DNA of 64,000 nt from Candidatus Heimdallarchaeum endolithica. Lineage in GTDB: Archaea; Asgardarchaeota; Heimdallarchaeia; Heimdallarchaeales; Heimdallarchaeaceae. Made by a program: the position numbers and the translations under genes. The notes beneath the pieces are model-generated. The model was given only the letters and a program-made list of their open reading frames with translations. It was not told the DNA's origin and searched no databases. The DNA lies in NCBI GenBank assembly GCA_021513715.1, contig CP084167.1, positions 768,001 to 832,000 of the forward strand, written 5' to 3'. Below, one piece after another: positions 30,978-41,105 of the stretch (position 1 is the stretch's first letter; each line of letters begins with the position of its first letter).

Positions 30978-32399
30978 CATGCTTGATAGCATTAGAAATC
31001 ACATTATAAACGACAGAAATTAAGGTTCTATTTGCTTTTGCACAGCAGTTTCCTTAAATAATAAATTCTGTTTTAAATTGTTTTTTCAATTTATGTATTT
31101 CTTTTTTGAGATTGATAGAATAAGATGAAGCAACAAAGTCTTGATTAATCAATGCTGTAAGATTTTCAAGTTCAATGGAAGCAATATTTAAGTTCTCTTC
31201 TAAATTATCACAATATTTGTCATCCCTTTCCAGTTTGTATAATTCTAAAAAACCAATCATTGAAGTTATCCTATTAGTTAAATCATGTTTAATTATTGAA
31301 TAAATAGCTTGAGAAGTTTTATTTAGCTGTTCTACCTTATTCTTTGTTGTTATTAATTCATTTAAGATTAGATTGTATGGTTTCATTATTCCTTCTTTAA
31401 TCAAAATGTAGAAGAGAACTGATACACTCAAAAAAGCAAAAAAATGGCCGAAAACATTGGATATTCCGTAAACACTTACGTAGAAAGTAAAGAATAGTTC
31501 ACTTAGTGCCAAAAAGAATAAGTGAAAAAAGAAAAAAATACGAATGTTTTTTGCAAAAAAACTCCCTTTATAGACAAAGTAAGCCGATATAAGAAAAATA
31601 GATGAAACAAAATATTCACTAATTTTTTTGAAAACCGTTAATCCTACTCCTTCTATATAACATACAGGAAAATATCCTGCAAAAACTAAATATAGCATTA
31701 TTCCTGTAAATACTGTATAAAGAGAAACAAAAACTGTAGAGTTAATATCTCGTTTATAAAATATGAATAACAAAATTAGAGTTAAAGCATCAATATATCG
31801 TGCCAAGATCCATAAACAACTAGGTAAATTAGCATCATAACTTGGAAAAATATTCATTCCCTTGTACGCTAGTGTATGAAGGAATTCCACTAGACCAACA
31901 AAAATTTTTGATATCCCTAGAAGAACAACTAGATAAGAAGAAAGATAATTTTTACTAGCCAAAGCAATAACAAAAACAAAGATAAGTGTTACGATTATTG
32001 AAAATTCAATTAAAGTATGAAAAAAAAGGAAATTCAAGTTACTTAATAAAAATAATCCAATTAAAATGGAAAGAAATAAGACAAAAATAAGAATATATTT
32101 CAAAATTTAATTTAGTTTTATATTGTTAATGTTCAATGTGATACAATTGAAAACAATTTAATAAATTTGTTGCTAAAAAATCAGTTTATTGCTTAATTAT
32201 TTTTTCTTTTATTCACACATTACTTCTAATAAGGCCAGTCCTTTATTCCAATAAGTTAGCTTATTAGATAGGAGACATTATTAGAAAAGAGCCATTTAGG
32301 TCTCTTTAAACTATAAGTTTACTTAAATTCAATAAAAAAATTAATTCAAAGAAAGAAATTAAAATAACTTTATTTCACTTATTTTGAGTTATCTTTAAT

Positions 32400-33866
32400 T
32401 CATTTCTCTTTCTTTTCCTCCCATAAAGGAATAAGCAACGAAACTAGCAATCCTGAAGGCTTGTTATCAGAAAAATACAACTTTCCACCTAAAGATTCTA
32501 TTGTTCTTCTAGCTAAGGATAAACCTACCCCTCCTGAATTTGTTCTTGGGAGTTCTGATTGTAAAACAGATTCTTTTTCTTCATCAGTCATTCCTTTTCC
32601 ATTATCTTTTATTTTTATATGAGCAAAACTATTTTCTACAAAACACTCAATTTCAACTTTGGTTGTTTTTTCTCCATGAATAAAAGCATTTGAAATTATA
32701 TTATAAATAATTAAATTTAATAACTTATTTCCTCTCACAAAAATCTTCTTTTTTGGCAATTTAACTGAAACATTATTAAAAAGATATGAAATATTTGTAA
32801 TAAATGAGATAGGGATTTTCTGTATTTCTATATTTGATAGTATATCTTTTGTTGATATTTGTTTATTTATTCTACTTTCAACTTCCTTTATCCTGCTATC
32901 CAACAAATCTAAAAATTGTTTATCTCCAGTTTCTCTATACAATTCAAGTGAAGAACTTAATACAACAAGATCATTATTTAAATCATGTCTAAAGAATTTA
33001 TTTAGAATAACTAAAAAGTGAACAAGTTCTTCCGTTTCTTTATACAACACACTGAGTTCCTCTTTTTCTCTTTCAATTTCAGTAAGGGTTTTTACTTGTG
33101 GTTTCGGATAAATAAAAGAAAAAATGATAATGGTAATGAAAATGTAAATAAAGAAAATACTACTGAATTTTGAAGTCTTAACAATATTGAAATATTCAAG
33201 GATAGAAAACAAGTCAGACAAATATAAGAATATTACAGATATCATTCCCATTGTAAAAATATTAAACTTCTTTTGCTGATAATAGATACTAAAAAGCGAT
33301 ACAGTAAGAGATAAAATAGCAACATCTAAAGAAATTTTTACAAACAGATAATTGAAATAAAATACATCATATTCAGATAGCAGAAAGGATAGAATAGTTT
33401 GTTTGAGACTAAATACTGAAAAAATAAGAAAAGAAAAAAGAATTAGCCCTGGCAATAAAGAATAGAAGGTTAAAAATTCCCTATCTTTGTATATACGAGT
33501 TAAAATGAGAAAAAAAAGTGGAAAATAACCAGAGAGTATCATAGAAAAGAAGATTATATCAGCATTTTCGATAAAAGGTGAAATAATTATGTAGAAAAGA
33601 ATAGTAATTGCAATGATAACTATAATCACTATTAAAGTGTAAAGCATTCTTCTGATCTCGTGTGAAAATTGATTTTTAAAAAAAAGCAATAAAAAAACTA
33701 TCAAAAAACAGAGTGAAATTTCGATAATTTTAAGGAATAATTCAAAAGTTTCTTCATTTTTAATGAAAACGAAAAACAATGGAAAAATTGCTAAAAATAA
33801 ACCTAATAAATATATATGTTTATTAAAATTAACTTTCTTTATAAATGATTTTCCTCTTAAATTCAT
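32400..33866 (-). CDS. Membrane-bound sensor histidine kinase
   Basis: About 8 TM helices, H-box RHDLNN, N-box NAFIHG, DNGKG and GVGL. Confidence 0.88.
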   Translation of the reverse strand: MNLRGKSFIKKVNFNKHIYLLGLFLAIFPLFFVFIKNEETFELFLKIIEISLCFLIVFLLLFFKNQFSHEIRRMLYTLIVIIVIIAITILFYIIISPFIENADIIFFSMILSGYFPLFFLILTRIYKDREFLTFYSLLPGLILFSFLIFSVFSLKQTILSFLLSEYDVFYFNYLFVKISLDVAILSLTVSLFSIYYQQKKFNIFTMGMISVIFLYLSDLFSILEYFNIVKTSKFSSIFFIYIFITIIIFSFIYPKPQVKTLTEIEREKEELSVLYKETEELVHFLVILNKFFRHDLNNDLVVLSSSLELYRETGDKQFLDLLDSRIKEVESRINKQISTKDILSNIEIQKIPISFITNISYLFNNVSVKLPKKKIFVRGNKLLNLIIYNIISNAFIHGEKTTKVEIECFVENSFAHIKIKDNGKGMTDEEKESVLQSELPRTNSGGVGLSLARRTIESLGGKLYFSDNKPSGLLVSLLIPLWEEKKEK

Positions 33867-33931
33867 AGTAATCTAACAAATTTTTTTATTGAAAAAAATT
33901 AAGAAAAGGATAAAAGTATTACTCTTCTACC

Positions 33932-34228
33932 CTATTTTGCATGTTCATTTAATGCACTTTGGATCATGTAAACTCCAATTGGGTTGAAGATTATAAGAGC
34001 TAAAAATAGAGCAAATGCACTTTTTCCTGTTGCTTTTCCATATCCAACAATATATTTAATTATCCAATATATGTTTAGAATAGGAATGAATACAAAGATG
34101 TAAGATGGGATATCAGCGCCTAGTTCATTTAACTCGTTTTTAGTCCAATAATACCAAAATAGTGCATAAATTCCAAAAGTTATCATTATCAAGATAATAA
34201 CTAGTATGGGATTTCTTTCTTTAACCAT
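33932..34228 (-). CDS. DUF4234-like small membrane protein
   Basis: R.PILVIIL.ITFGIY..FWYY and Q..LN motifs. Confidence 0.75.
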   Translation of the reverse strand: MVKERNPILVIILIMITFGIYALFWYYWTKNELNELGADIPSYIFVFIPILNIYWIIKYIVGYGKATGKSAFALFLALIIFNPIGVYMIQSALNEHAK

Positions 34229-34345
34229 AGTAATTCTTTACTTCTATCAGTTTCTTATAAATATTTTCTATAAGAAAATAAAAATAAGTAATTAAGTTTT
34301 CGTTTTTAATTAACTGAAAAGTTAGTTTTCTTAAGAAAAGTATGA

Positions 34346-36139
34346 TTAAATCTCACCCTTCCAAATTCTTTGCATTTCTTCAGATTTAGTAAGCAATTCA
34401 TCTAATTTTCCTATTTGTTCTATTTTACCATCTTTAAGTAGTATTATTTTATCTGCTTTTTTCAGCATCATTTTTCTATGTGAAACAGCAAAACAAGTCA
34501 TTTCTTTATAACTAAAAATTCTTCTCCATAATTCTTGTTCAGTTTTTACATCAAGTGCACTTGACAAATCATCAAAAATATACAAATCAGATTTTCTTGC
34601 AAACATTCTTGCTGTGGCTAATCTTTGTTTTTGTCCTCCTGAAAGTTTCACTCCTTTTGGTCCAATCAGAGTTTCACTCTTTTTCTCAAACTTTTTTATT
34701 TCATCTTCTAATACCGCTAGTTTAAGTGCTTTTTCTATCTCGATGTTATTTTCTTCTAAGCCTAGGAGTATATTCTCTTTTATAGTATCACTAAACAAAT
34801 GCGGAACTTGAGGAGTATAAGCTGTTCTTGGAGGAATAAAAAATGAAGAACAGTCTTCTATTTTTTTGTTATTCCAACTTATTTCTCCTGATTGCTTATC
34901 GTATAATCCTAAAAGAGTCCTTAATAAGGTTGTTTTCCCAGAACCAACGCGTCCTGTTAAAACTGTAAGTGTTCCTCGTTCTATTTCAAAAGACACATTT
35001 TCTATTCCTTTATTAGAATCAGGAAAAATATAAGTTAAATTCCTAACAATTAGTTTTTGTAAAGTTCCGTAATTTTCATTTAAATCAGATTTTTGGCTGG
35101 TATAGGACTTATTAATGTACACAGGTCCATAATTAACAAGTTTTTCTTCTATTTTCTGATAACTCTCTCTTTTTCTTCCTCGTACCAATTTGAATATTCT
35201 TGAATAAGACACTTTTGTTCTTAAATAACGGGGAATGAAGTCTCCAATGTCCCAAATAAAATCGGCAAGAGAATTTAAGATCCCAACAAATAAAGCCAAG
35301 TCTCCAATAGTAAATGTGTTATTGGTTAAGCTATTTCCAACGATGTAAAGAACTATTCCGATTCCTACAGAAACAGTGATTCGGTATATTGAATTTAATA
35401 TGGCTACAAATAATTCATCTTTGATTTCAGCTTTTCTTCTCTTTTCATTTATACTGTCAAAATACCTCAAAACTCTTTCTTCAGAATTAGTAATTTTTAT
35501 AGCTTGAATAGAATGATAAATCTCTCCTATTGCTCTTGTTACTGCGCCTGCAGCTTTTCTTCTTGTTTTTCTTAACTCAATAATCTTCTTCTTTGAAAAA
35601 AGAACTAAAAAGATCATTATAGTAAAAGGAATAGATAGATAGGCAGTGACTTGCCAATTTATTTTCTGCATTACAAGAAATGAGAATCCTGCAAAAACTG
35701 CAATAGAAAATTTCTGTGTAATTTCATAAGTAAACCAAATTGCTTCCTCCACATCACCCCTAAATCGTGAAACAGACTCTCCTGCAGTATCTGTTAGAGC
35801 TTCTGCACCAGGCAAGCTAAAAATTTGAACAAGCATATTTTTTCTTAACAATATTTGTGCTTGTTTAACATAAGGCATCATTGTAACAAAAAATATAGCA
35901 TCTGCTAGAAAATTAAATGCTCTTGCTAAAGGAATTAAGAGAAGAATTAACACCCAAATACTAATATTAAAATTCGAGACATGCTCTATTTTATTAAATA
36001 TTTCACGAATAATTAAACTTAGCATTAAAGGAGTTAAGAAGAATAAAATATCTGATAAGAAACCAAAAAACACTAATACAGGTTTAAATTTTAGCAATTT
36101 CCAGCTTAATTTCAAAACTCTGATTTTTTCTTCTTTCAT
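34346..36139 (-). CDS. ABC exporter half-transporter (TMD+NBD)
   Basis: GRVGSGKTT, LSGGQKQR and DDLSSALD. Confidence 0.92.
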   Translation of the reverse strand: MKEEKIRVLKLSWKLLKFKPVLVFFGFLSDILFFLTPLMLSLIIREIFNKIEHVSNFNISIWVLILLLIPLARAFNFLADAIFFVTMMPYVKQAQILLRKNMLVQIFSLPGAEALTDTAGESVSRFRGDVEEAIWFTYEITQKFSIAVFAGFSFLVMQKINWQVTAYLSIPFTIMIFLVLFSKKKIIELRKTRRKAAGAVTRAIGEIYHSIQAIKITNSEERVLRYFDSINEKRRKAEIKDELFVAILNSIYRITVSVGIGIVLYIVGNSLTNNTFTIGDLALFVGILNSLADFIWDIGDFIPRYLRTKVSYSRIFKLVRGRKRESYQKIEEKLVNYGPVYINKSYTSQKSDLNENYGTLQKLIVRNLTYIFPDSNKGIENVSFEIERGTLTVLTGRVGSGKTTLLRTLLGLYDKQSGEISWNNKKIEDCSSFFIPPRTAYTPQVPHLFSDTIKENILLGLEENNIEIEKALKLAVLEDEIKKFEKKSETLIGPKGVKLSGGQKQRLATARMFARKSDLYIFDDLSSALDVKTEQELWRRIFSYKEMTCFAVSHRKMMLKKADKIILLKDGKIEQIGKLDELLTKSEEMQRIWKGEI

Positions 36140-37917
36140 TTAAGAACCTCTTCAATTTTTCCAGTTTTTAACAGTTGATAAAAATAAGAATTTTTATCTT
36201 TTACAAGCTTCTTTCTTTCTCCATATTCAATCACTTTTCCTTTATCAAGTACTAAAATTTCATCTACATTATCTAAGGTCTCTAATCTGTGAGCAATAAT
36301 TATTGCTGTTCTATTAACTAGCAATTTATCAATAGCAGCTTTGACCAAATTCTCTGTTACAGGGTCAAGGCGAGAAGAAGCTTCGTCTAGGATAACTAAA
36401 TTTGGTTTTTTCAAAAAAACACGAGTTAATGTCAAAAGCTGAGCTTCTCCTGCAGATAATCCTTGTTCATCAGAACTTATTATTGTATCTAAACCATCAG
36501 GTAATCGTTTAAACCATTCTTTTAGACCTAGATCAAACATAATATGGATAATTTTTTTATCAGAAATCCTGTTATCAAAAAATGTTATATTGTTTCTTAA
36601 TGAAGCTTGAAATAATTCAATATCCTGAGTAACATAAGCGATATTACTTCTAAGGTTTTTGATATCATATTCTTTGATATCTATATTATTAATCTTTATT
36701 CTCCCATTTCCTTCATTAATATCATAGAGTCTGAAAATTAATCTTGAAAGAGTAGTTTTACCAGAACCAGTATGACCTACTAGACCTAATTTTTTCCCTT
36801 TATTAAGTTTAAATGAAACACCCTTTAGAACAGGTTCAGTATCAATATAGGAGAAGTTTACATTTTCAAATTCTAATTCTATAGCTCCAGGAGCTATTTT
36901 CTTAGTTCCACTTGCTTTGATCTCAGACTTAATATGGAATAAGTAAGTTATCCTTCTAATTGAAGCAGCTGCCTTTTGAAACTGTTGAACTTGCCTAATA
37001 ATACGATAAATTGGAAGAATTAATATTCCAACAATCATCTGAACAAAAAAAATTGTTCCTAAAGTTATTTTTCCATTTTCAAAAAGCAGAAATGAAGGAG
37101 AAAAAACTAAGATATCAGCTAAAGAAAGTAAAATCCAACTTCCAAATAGTATGTACAATTCTTTAAATAGTGCATTCATGAATGTTTTATAATTGTATCT
37201 CGATTTATCAAAGAATTTATTTAACGTGAAGTCTATTGCATCATTTGTTTTTATATCTTCAATTGCATTCAAACTTTCTTCAATAACACCAAAAAGTTCA
37301 GAACTTGATTGCCTTTCTTTTTCCCAATTTTGGACAGAAATATCTCTAAGAAAATAAATTAGAATAAATGCAAAAATTGTAAAACCAAAAAACACCAGAC
37401 CAATAATCCAATTTTTAATAAATAAAACTGTTATAATTCCAATAATTAACAGAAATGAGGTTAGTAATTGAACTGAAAATTGGGAGAAAAATTGTGCTAA
37501 AGTATTTATATCACCGTCTATTCTTTCTATCATTTCTCCAGCTTTAAATCTATTATGAAAAGACATATCTAAGTTAATTGTATGAAAAGTAAGATCATAT
37601 CTGAGTTTATTGGTAGTTGACCAAGCTAGATCTTGACCTATGTAAACTGTTCCTAAATAAATAGTAAATTGCAACAGAGAGAGAATAATGTATAAAAAAG
37701 CATAGAAGTTAAGTGTTTTTTTAGTACTTGAAAATAGTATTCTACCAATATTTTCTGTTGCTAAATCAATATACCACTGAATTAGAAAAGGAGAAAATAC
37801 TTGGATAATTGTCATTGAAAGTAGTAACAAACCCAATAATATAACTTTGATAAAATGAGGTTGTAAATATTTCTTTTGCAAATTCCAATAATCTGACATT
37901 TGAATTTGAGATTGCAT
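36136..37917 (-). CDS. ABC exporter half-transporter (TMD+NBD), heterodimer partner
   Basis: GHTGSGKTT, LSAGEAQ (degenerate signature) and LDEASSRLD. Confidence 0.92.
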   Translation of the reverse strand: MQSQIQMSDYWNLQKKYLQPHFIKVILLGLLLLSMTIIQVFSPFLIQWYIDLATENIGRILFSSTKKTLNFYAFLYIILSLLQFTIYLGTVYIGQDLAWSTTNKLRYDLTFHTINLDMSFHNRFKAGEMIERIDGDINTLAQFFSQFSVQLLTSFLLIIGIITVLFIKNWIIGLVFFGFTIFAFILIYFLRDISVQNWEKERQSSSELFGVIEESLNAIEDIKTNDAIDFTLNKFFDKSRYNYKTFMNALFKELYILFGSWILLSLADILVFSPSFLLFENGKITLGTIFFVQMIVGILILPIYRIIRQVQQFQKAAASIRRITYLFHIKSEIKASGTKKIAPGAIELEFENVNFSYIDTEPVLKGVSFKLNKGKKLGLVGHTGSGKTTLSRLIFRLYDINEGNGRIKINNIDIKEYDIKNLRSNIAYVTQDIELFQASLRNNITFFDNRISDKKIIHIMFDLGLKEWFKRLPDGLDTIISSDEQGLSAGEAQLLTLTRVFLKKPNLVILDEASSRLDPVTENLVKAAIDKLLVNRTAIIIAHRLETLDNVDEILVLDKGKVIEYGERKKLVKDKNSYFYQLLKTGKIEEVLK

Positions 37918-37971
37918 AAGATTGCCCTTTCCTAACGATTTCTAAGATAACTATTTCAAAATATGTTTCAG

Positions 37972-38880
37972 CTATATTTCGATTTCGATGAAATTAGAAA
38001 TTAGTCCTATAGATTCTGGGCCTAAATGTGAGAGAACAGAACCATAAGATCTTGCTACTTCAATTTTGATAGAACTATCCCATTCTTTTATATAATCAGC
38101 TAGTTTTTCTGCGTAATCAAGTCTTGTTCCATAAACAATTGAAAATTCTTTTGGTCTATTTTGTAAATTGTTTGTACTCAAATCTAAAAGAGCTCTTAGT
38201 CCCTCGTCAACTTCTTTTACTGCTTTTAAAGCTTCTACTTCTCCTTCTTTATTCATTGTTATGATAGGCTTTCTCCTTAACATATTTCCGATTAAAAATT
38301 TAGTTGTAGATAAACGTCCTCCTTTCCATAAATATTTCAAAGTCGGAAGAAGAATATGAGTTTTGATATTTAGAGCTTGTTCTCTTAATATTGATGCTAT
38401 TTCTTCACCTGTATTTTTGTTTTTTTCTATCAACTTTAAAGCTAGTCTGATTAAATGCATCTCTGGAAAAGAAGCAGACTTACTATCAATAATGTGAATA
38501 TTAACATCTTTGTATTTTCTTGAAATGTTTTTAGCTCCTAATCTCGCACTGTTAATTGTGCCACTTAATCCTTTCGTCACATGAATTGAAATAATCTCCT
38601 TTGCACCTTCTTTAATTAGAGACTCGTAAGCTTGGTAAAATTCTCCAGGAGAAGGTTGTGAGGTCTTTGGAACAAAAGAGAATAATTTCAACTTTGGTAT
38701 ATGGAAATAAGCTTTTTCTTCTTCAAATAACCTATAATAGGCATCATAATCGAAATTTTCATCTTCTTTATACACTTTTTCATGAATAATTATAGACAGA
38801 GGAACAACTTTGATTCCCTTTTCTTTGGCAAAAGACCAAGGTATATCTGAAGTTGAATCAGTTACGATTCTAAAAGACAT
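37972..38880 (-). CDS. DegV/FakB family fatty-acid-binding protein
   Basis: IVTDSTSDI, PKTSQPSP, LSGT, L.YL.KGGR and HLGP. Confidence 0.9.
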   Translation of the reverse strand: MSFRIVTDSTSDIPWSFAKEKGIKVVPLSIIIHEKVYKEDENFDYDAYYRLFEEEKAYFHIPKLKLFSFVPKTSQPSPGEFYQAYESLIKEGAKEIISIHVTKGLSGTINSARLGAKNISRKYKDVNIHIIDSKSASFPEMHLIRLALKLIEKNKNTGEEIASILREQALNIKTHILLPTLKYLWKGGRLSTTKFLIGNMLRRKPIITMNKEGEVEALKAVKEVDEGLRALLDLSTNNLQNRPKEFSIVYGTRLDYAEKLADYIKEWDSSIKIEVARSYGSVLSHLGPESIGLISNFIEIEI

Positions 38881-39024
38881 AAATATATTTCACATTTAAA
38901 TTTTAAAAAATTATTTATCTTGGATAATAAAAACAAACACTGATTGAGAAGTTAACGAAGAATTATAACATATCATTATCTATTTGAATATAAAAATTGA
39001 TTATAAGTCTCCAGTATAATTTAT

Positions 39025-40254
39025 CTAAAGGATTATTAGAATAGAAAAAAGAACCAGAAAACTTGTAGAGATAAGATCTGCCAATGTGCTTAGCACTGGA
39101 ATGACAATATTATCAGGATTAAAACCATATTTATAGGTTAAAACAGCAGTCAAAAAAGCTAATGAACTTACAATTAAGTAAGAGATTAAATTAGATGAAA
39201 TCAGTACTAGCAACAACGAAAAATAAAGTATTAATGATATGTTTATGGGATATATTGCAACAGCTAAAAGGCTGTAAATTATAGACATTAAGATACCTAC
39301 AGTACCAAAAGCACAAAAAGGGAGAAGAAGTTCTTTTGACTTGATAAAACTTATTTTTGGTTCCAGTGTACCTAAATGTAATTTCGTTGTAGTTGTATTT
39401 GCAATAATCGAATTTTGTGCTCCTACAGTGCTGAGTACAGAAGGAAGAACAACTAAAACAATAGGAACTGCTTGCAATAGATTTTCAAAGGTAACAAGGA
39501 TACTACCTGTTCCTGCTGCAATAATTGTTGTAACAAGAAGAGGAGGTAAACTTTGTTTTAACCCAAGTTTTATGAAACCATTTTTTATCCAATATACTTG
39601 TAGGAACATAATTAAAAGAAAAATAAAAGATACAAGAGGGAGACCTGCATATAAAGATAATTTTGTTTTCCATGGTCTATAAAAGATACATGTTAAAAAG
39701 AAAACTATAGTGATTATAATATCATTAACTGTACTCATAATTGGATAAGTATAAACATCAGGGTCTCCATTATGATTAAAAACAAAAAATGAAAAAACAA
39801 CTGTTAAAAATAAAGAAATAACAGTTCCAATAAAAAAAGTTGTAATCGTGATTACTAAAATTGATAAGAATTCCATTGAAATTTTCATTATCAAACAAAT
39901 AAGAGTAGAAATTATTGTGACAAAAACAGAATCATAAAAAGACAACATTAGAATTAATGATAAAAGTTCGTAAAATCTTTTTGTATTTTGCCTAAATGAG
40001 GGTTTAATTGTACCTAAATGAAGAGAGGTACCCAAATTTCCAGTTAATATTCCACTAATATCCCCTCTTACAGTTAAAAGGAGAGGAAATATTAGAAAGA
40101 TCCAAGGTAAAAAGGGTTGAATCTTGTTTAACAGTACAGCTGTTCTACCTGCAAAGATTCCTCCAATATTAAAAACAATAGCCCCAAACGCAGAAATCAC
40201 TAAAGCACTATATTCTGTTAATAGAGATTGACGTTTAGGAAAGCGTCGAGGCAT
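39025..40254 (-). CDS. MgtE/SLC41-type divalent cation transporter (tandem membrane domains)
   Basis: Duplicated RG.I.G...L.TSLHLG / TTKLHLG and DPD..YP...D / NPDN..IP...LAD motifs. Confidence 0.82.
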   Translation of the reverse strand: MPRRFPKRQSLLTEYSALVISAFGAIVFNIGGIFAGRTAVLLNKIQPFLPWIFLIFPLLLTVRGDISGILTGNLGTSLHLGTIKPSFRQNTKRFYELLSLILMLSFYDSVFVTIISTLICLIMKISMEFLSILVITITTFFIGTVISLFLTVVFSFFVFNHNGDPDVYTYPIMSTVNDIIITIVFFLTCIFYRPWKTKLSLYAGLPLVSFIFLLIMFLQVYWIKNGFIKLGLKQSLPPLLVTTIIAAGTGSILVTFENLLQAVPIVLVVLPSVLSTVGAQNSIIANTTTTKLHLGTLEPKISFIKSKELLLPFCAFGTVGILMSIIYSLLAVAIYPINISLILYFSLLLVLISSNLISYLIVSSLAFLTAVLTYKYGFNPDNIVIPVLSTLADLISTSFLVLFSILIIL

Positions 40255-40328
40255 AAGTAGATTAATTTTAAATAAATTATTAAAGTTGTTGTCAATTTCT
40301 AATAGCTAAAAAGAGAAAAAAGAAGAAA

Positions 40329-40913
40329 TTAATATTCTTCACATTTTAGTTCAAAATAATTGTATGGATGTGCACAAACTGGACATTTCTTAGGCGGTTC
40401 TGTTCCTTCATGAACATAACCACATTTTTCACAGACCCAATAGTACTTCTTTTCTTTTTTAAAGACAGTTTTAGCTTTAACTTCTTTCAAGAGCTTTGTA
40501 TAGCGTTCTTCATGATGAACTTCTGCTCTTCCAATTGCCCTTAACTTAATGGCTATTTTCTGTAATCCTTCCTCCTCTGCGACTTTAGCAAACTCAGGAT
40601 ACATTATTGTATTTTCATAATGCTCTCCATCAATAGCTGCCTGTAAATTCTCCTCTGTTGAACCAAGAACAGTTGGAACAGCAACATCTATTTCTAGTTC
40701 TTTTAGATCGATTTTTTCTTTATCTAATAACTCATTTAATAATTCAAACAAAACCTTTGCATGTTCTTTCTCGTTCATAGCTGTAATTTCGAATAATTGT
40801 GCAATCTGCATATAACCTTCTTTCTTTGCAACTTTAGCATAAAAAGTATATCTGTTTCTAGCTTGACTCTCTCCAACAAAAGCCTTTGCTAAATTTTTTA
40901 TTGTTTCTTTCAT
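40329..40913 (-). CDS. rbr: Rubrerythrin
   Basis: AFVGESQARNRY, EKEHA, E..HEERY and C-terminal CxxCGY...CPVC. Confidence 0.93.
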   Translation of the reverse strand: MKETIKNLAKAFVGESQARNRYTFYAKVAKKEGYMQIAQLFEITAMNEKEHAKVLFELLNELLDKEKIDLKELEIDVAVPTVLGSTEENLQAAIDGEHYENTIMYPEFAKVAEEEGLQKIAIKLRAIGRAEVHHEERYTKLLKEVKAKTVFKKEKKYYWVCEKCGYVHEGTEPPKKCPVCAHPYNYFELKCEEY

Positions 40914-40941
40914 TGTACTAGAAAATAAAGAAATGTTTTTT

Positions 40942-41097
40942 TTAAATATATTCATCTATCTTTTTTTTTATTGTAAAATCGTAATGGTTAAGATCAATTG
41001 AACAACCAGTACAGTTAGAGCAATCAAAATTGCATTTTCTAGTTTTCCTTCTATAATCGTTATATAATTTTCTTAGAAAAGAAAAAAATTTGCTCAT
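40942..41097 (-). CDS. Small Cys-rich protein downstream of feoB (FeoB-associated)
   Basis: MSKFF...KCNFDCSNCTGC, located between feoB and rbr. Confidence 0.55.
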   Translation of the reverse strand: MSKFFSFLRKLYNDYRRKTRKCNFDCSNCTGCSIDLNHYDFTIKKKIDEYI

Positions 41098-41105
41098 AAA
41101 ATCAC

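Larger units (their letters stand above)
30333..32103 (-). pseudogene. MASE3-domain sensor histidine kinase, inactivated by an in-frame TAA (31054-31056) and a 375-bp insertion in the N-box
   Basis: MASE3 motifs (FHTLIE, HTLAYKGM, LWILARY) and H-box KHDLTN. After the TAA the frame reads GNCCAKANRTLISVVYNVISNAIKH, then resumes GKATKIF...NNG once the insertion is removed. Confidence 0.88.
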
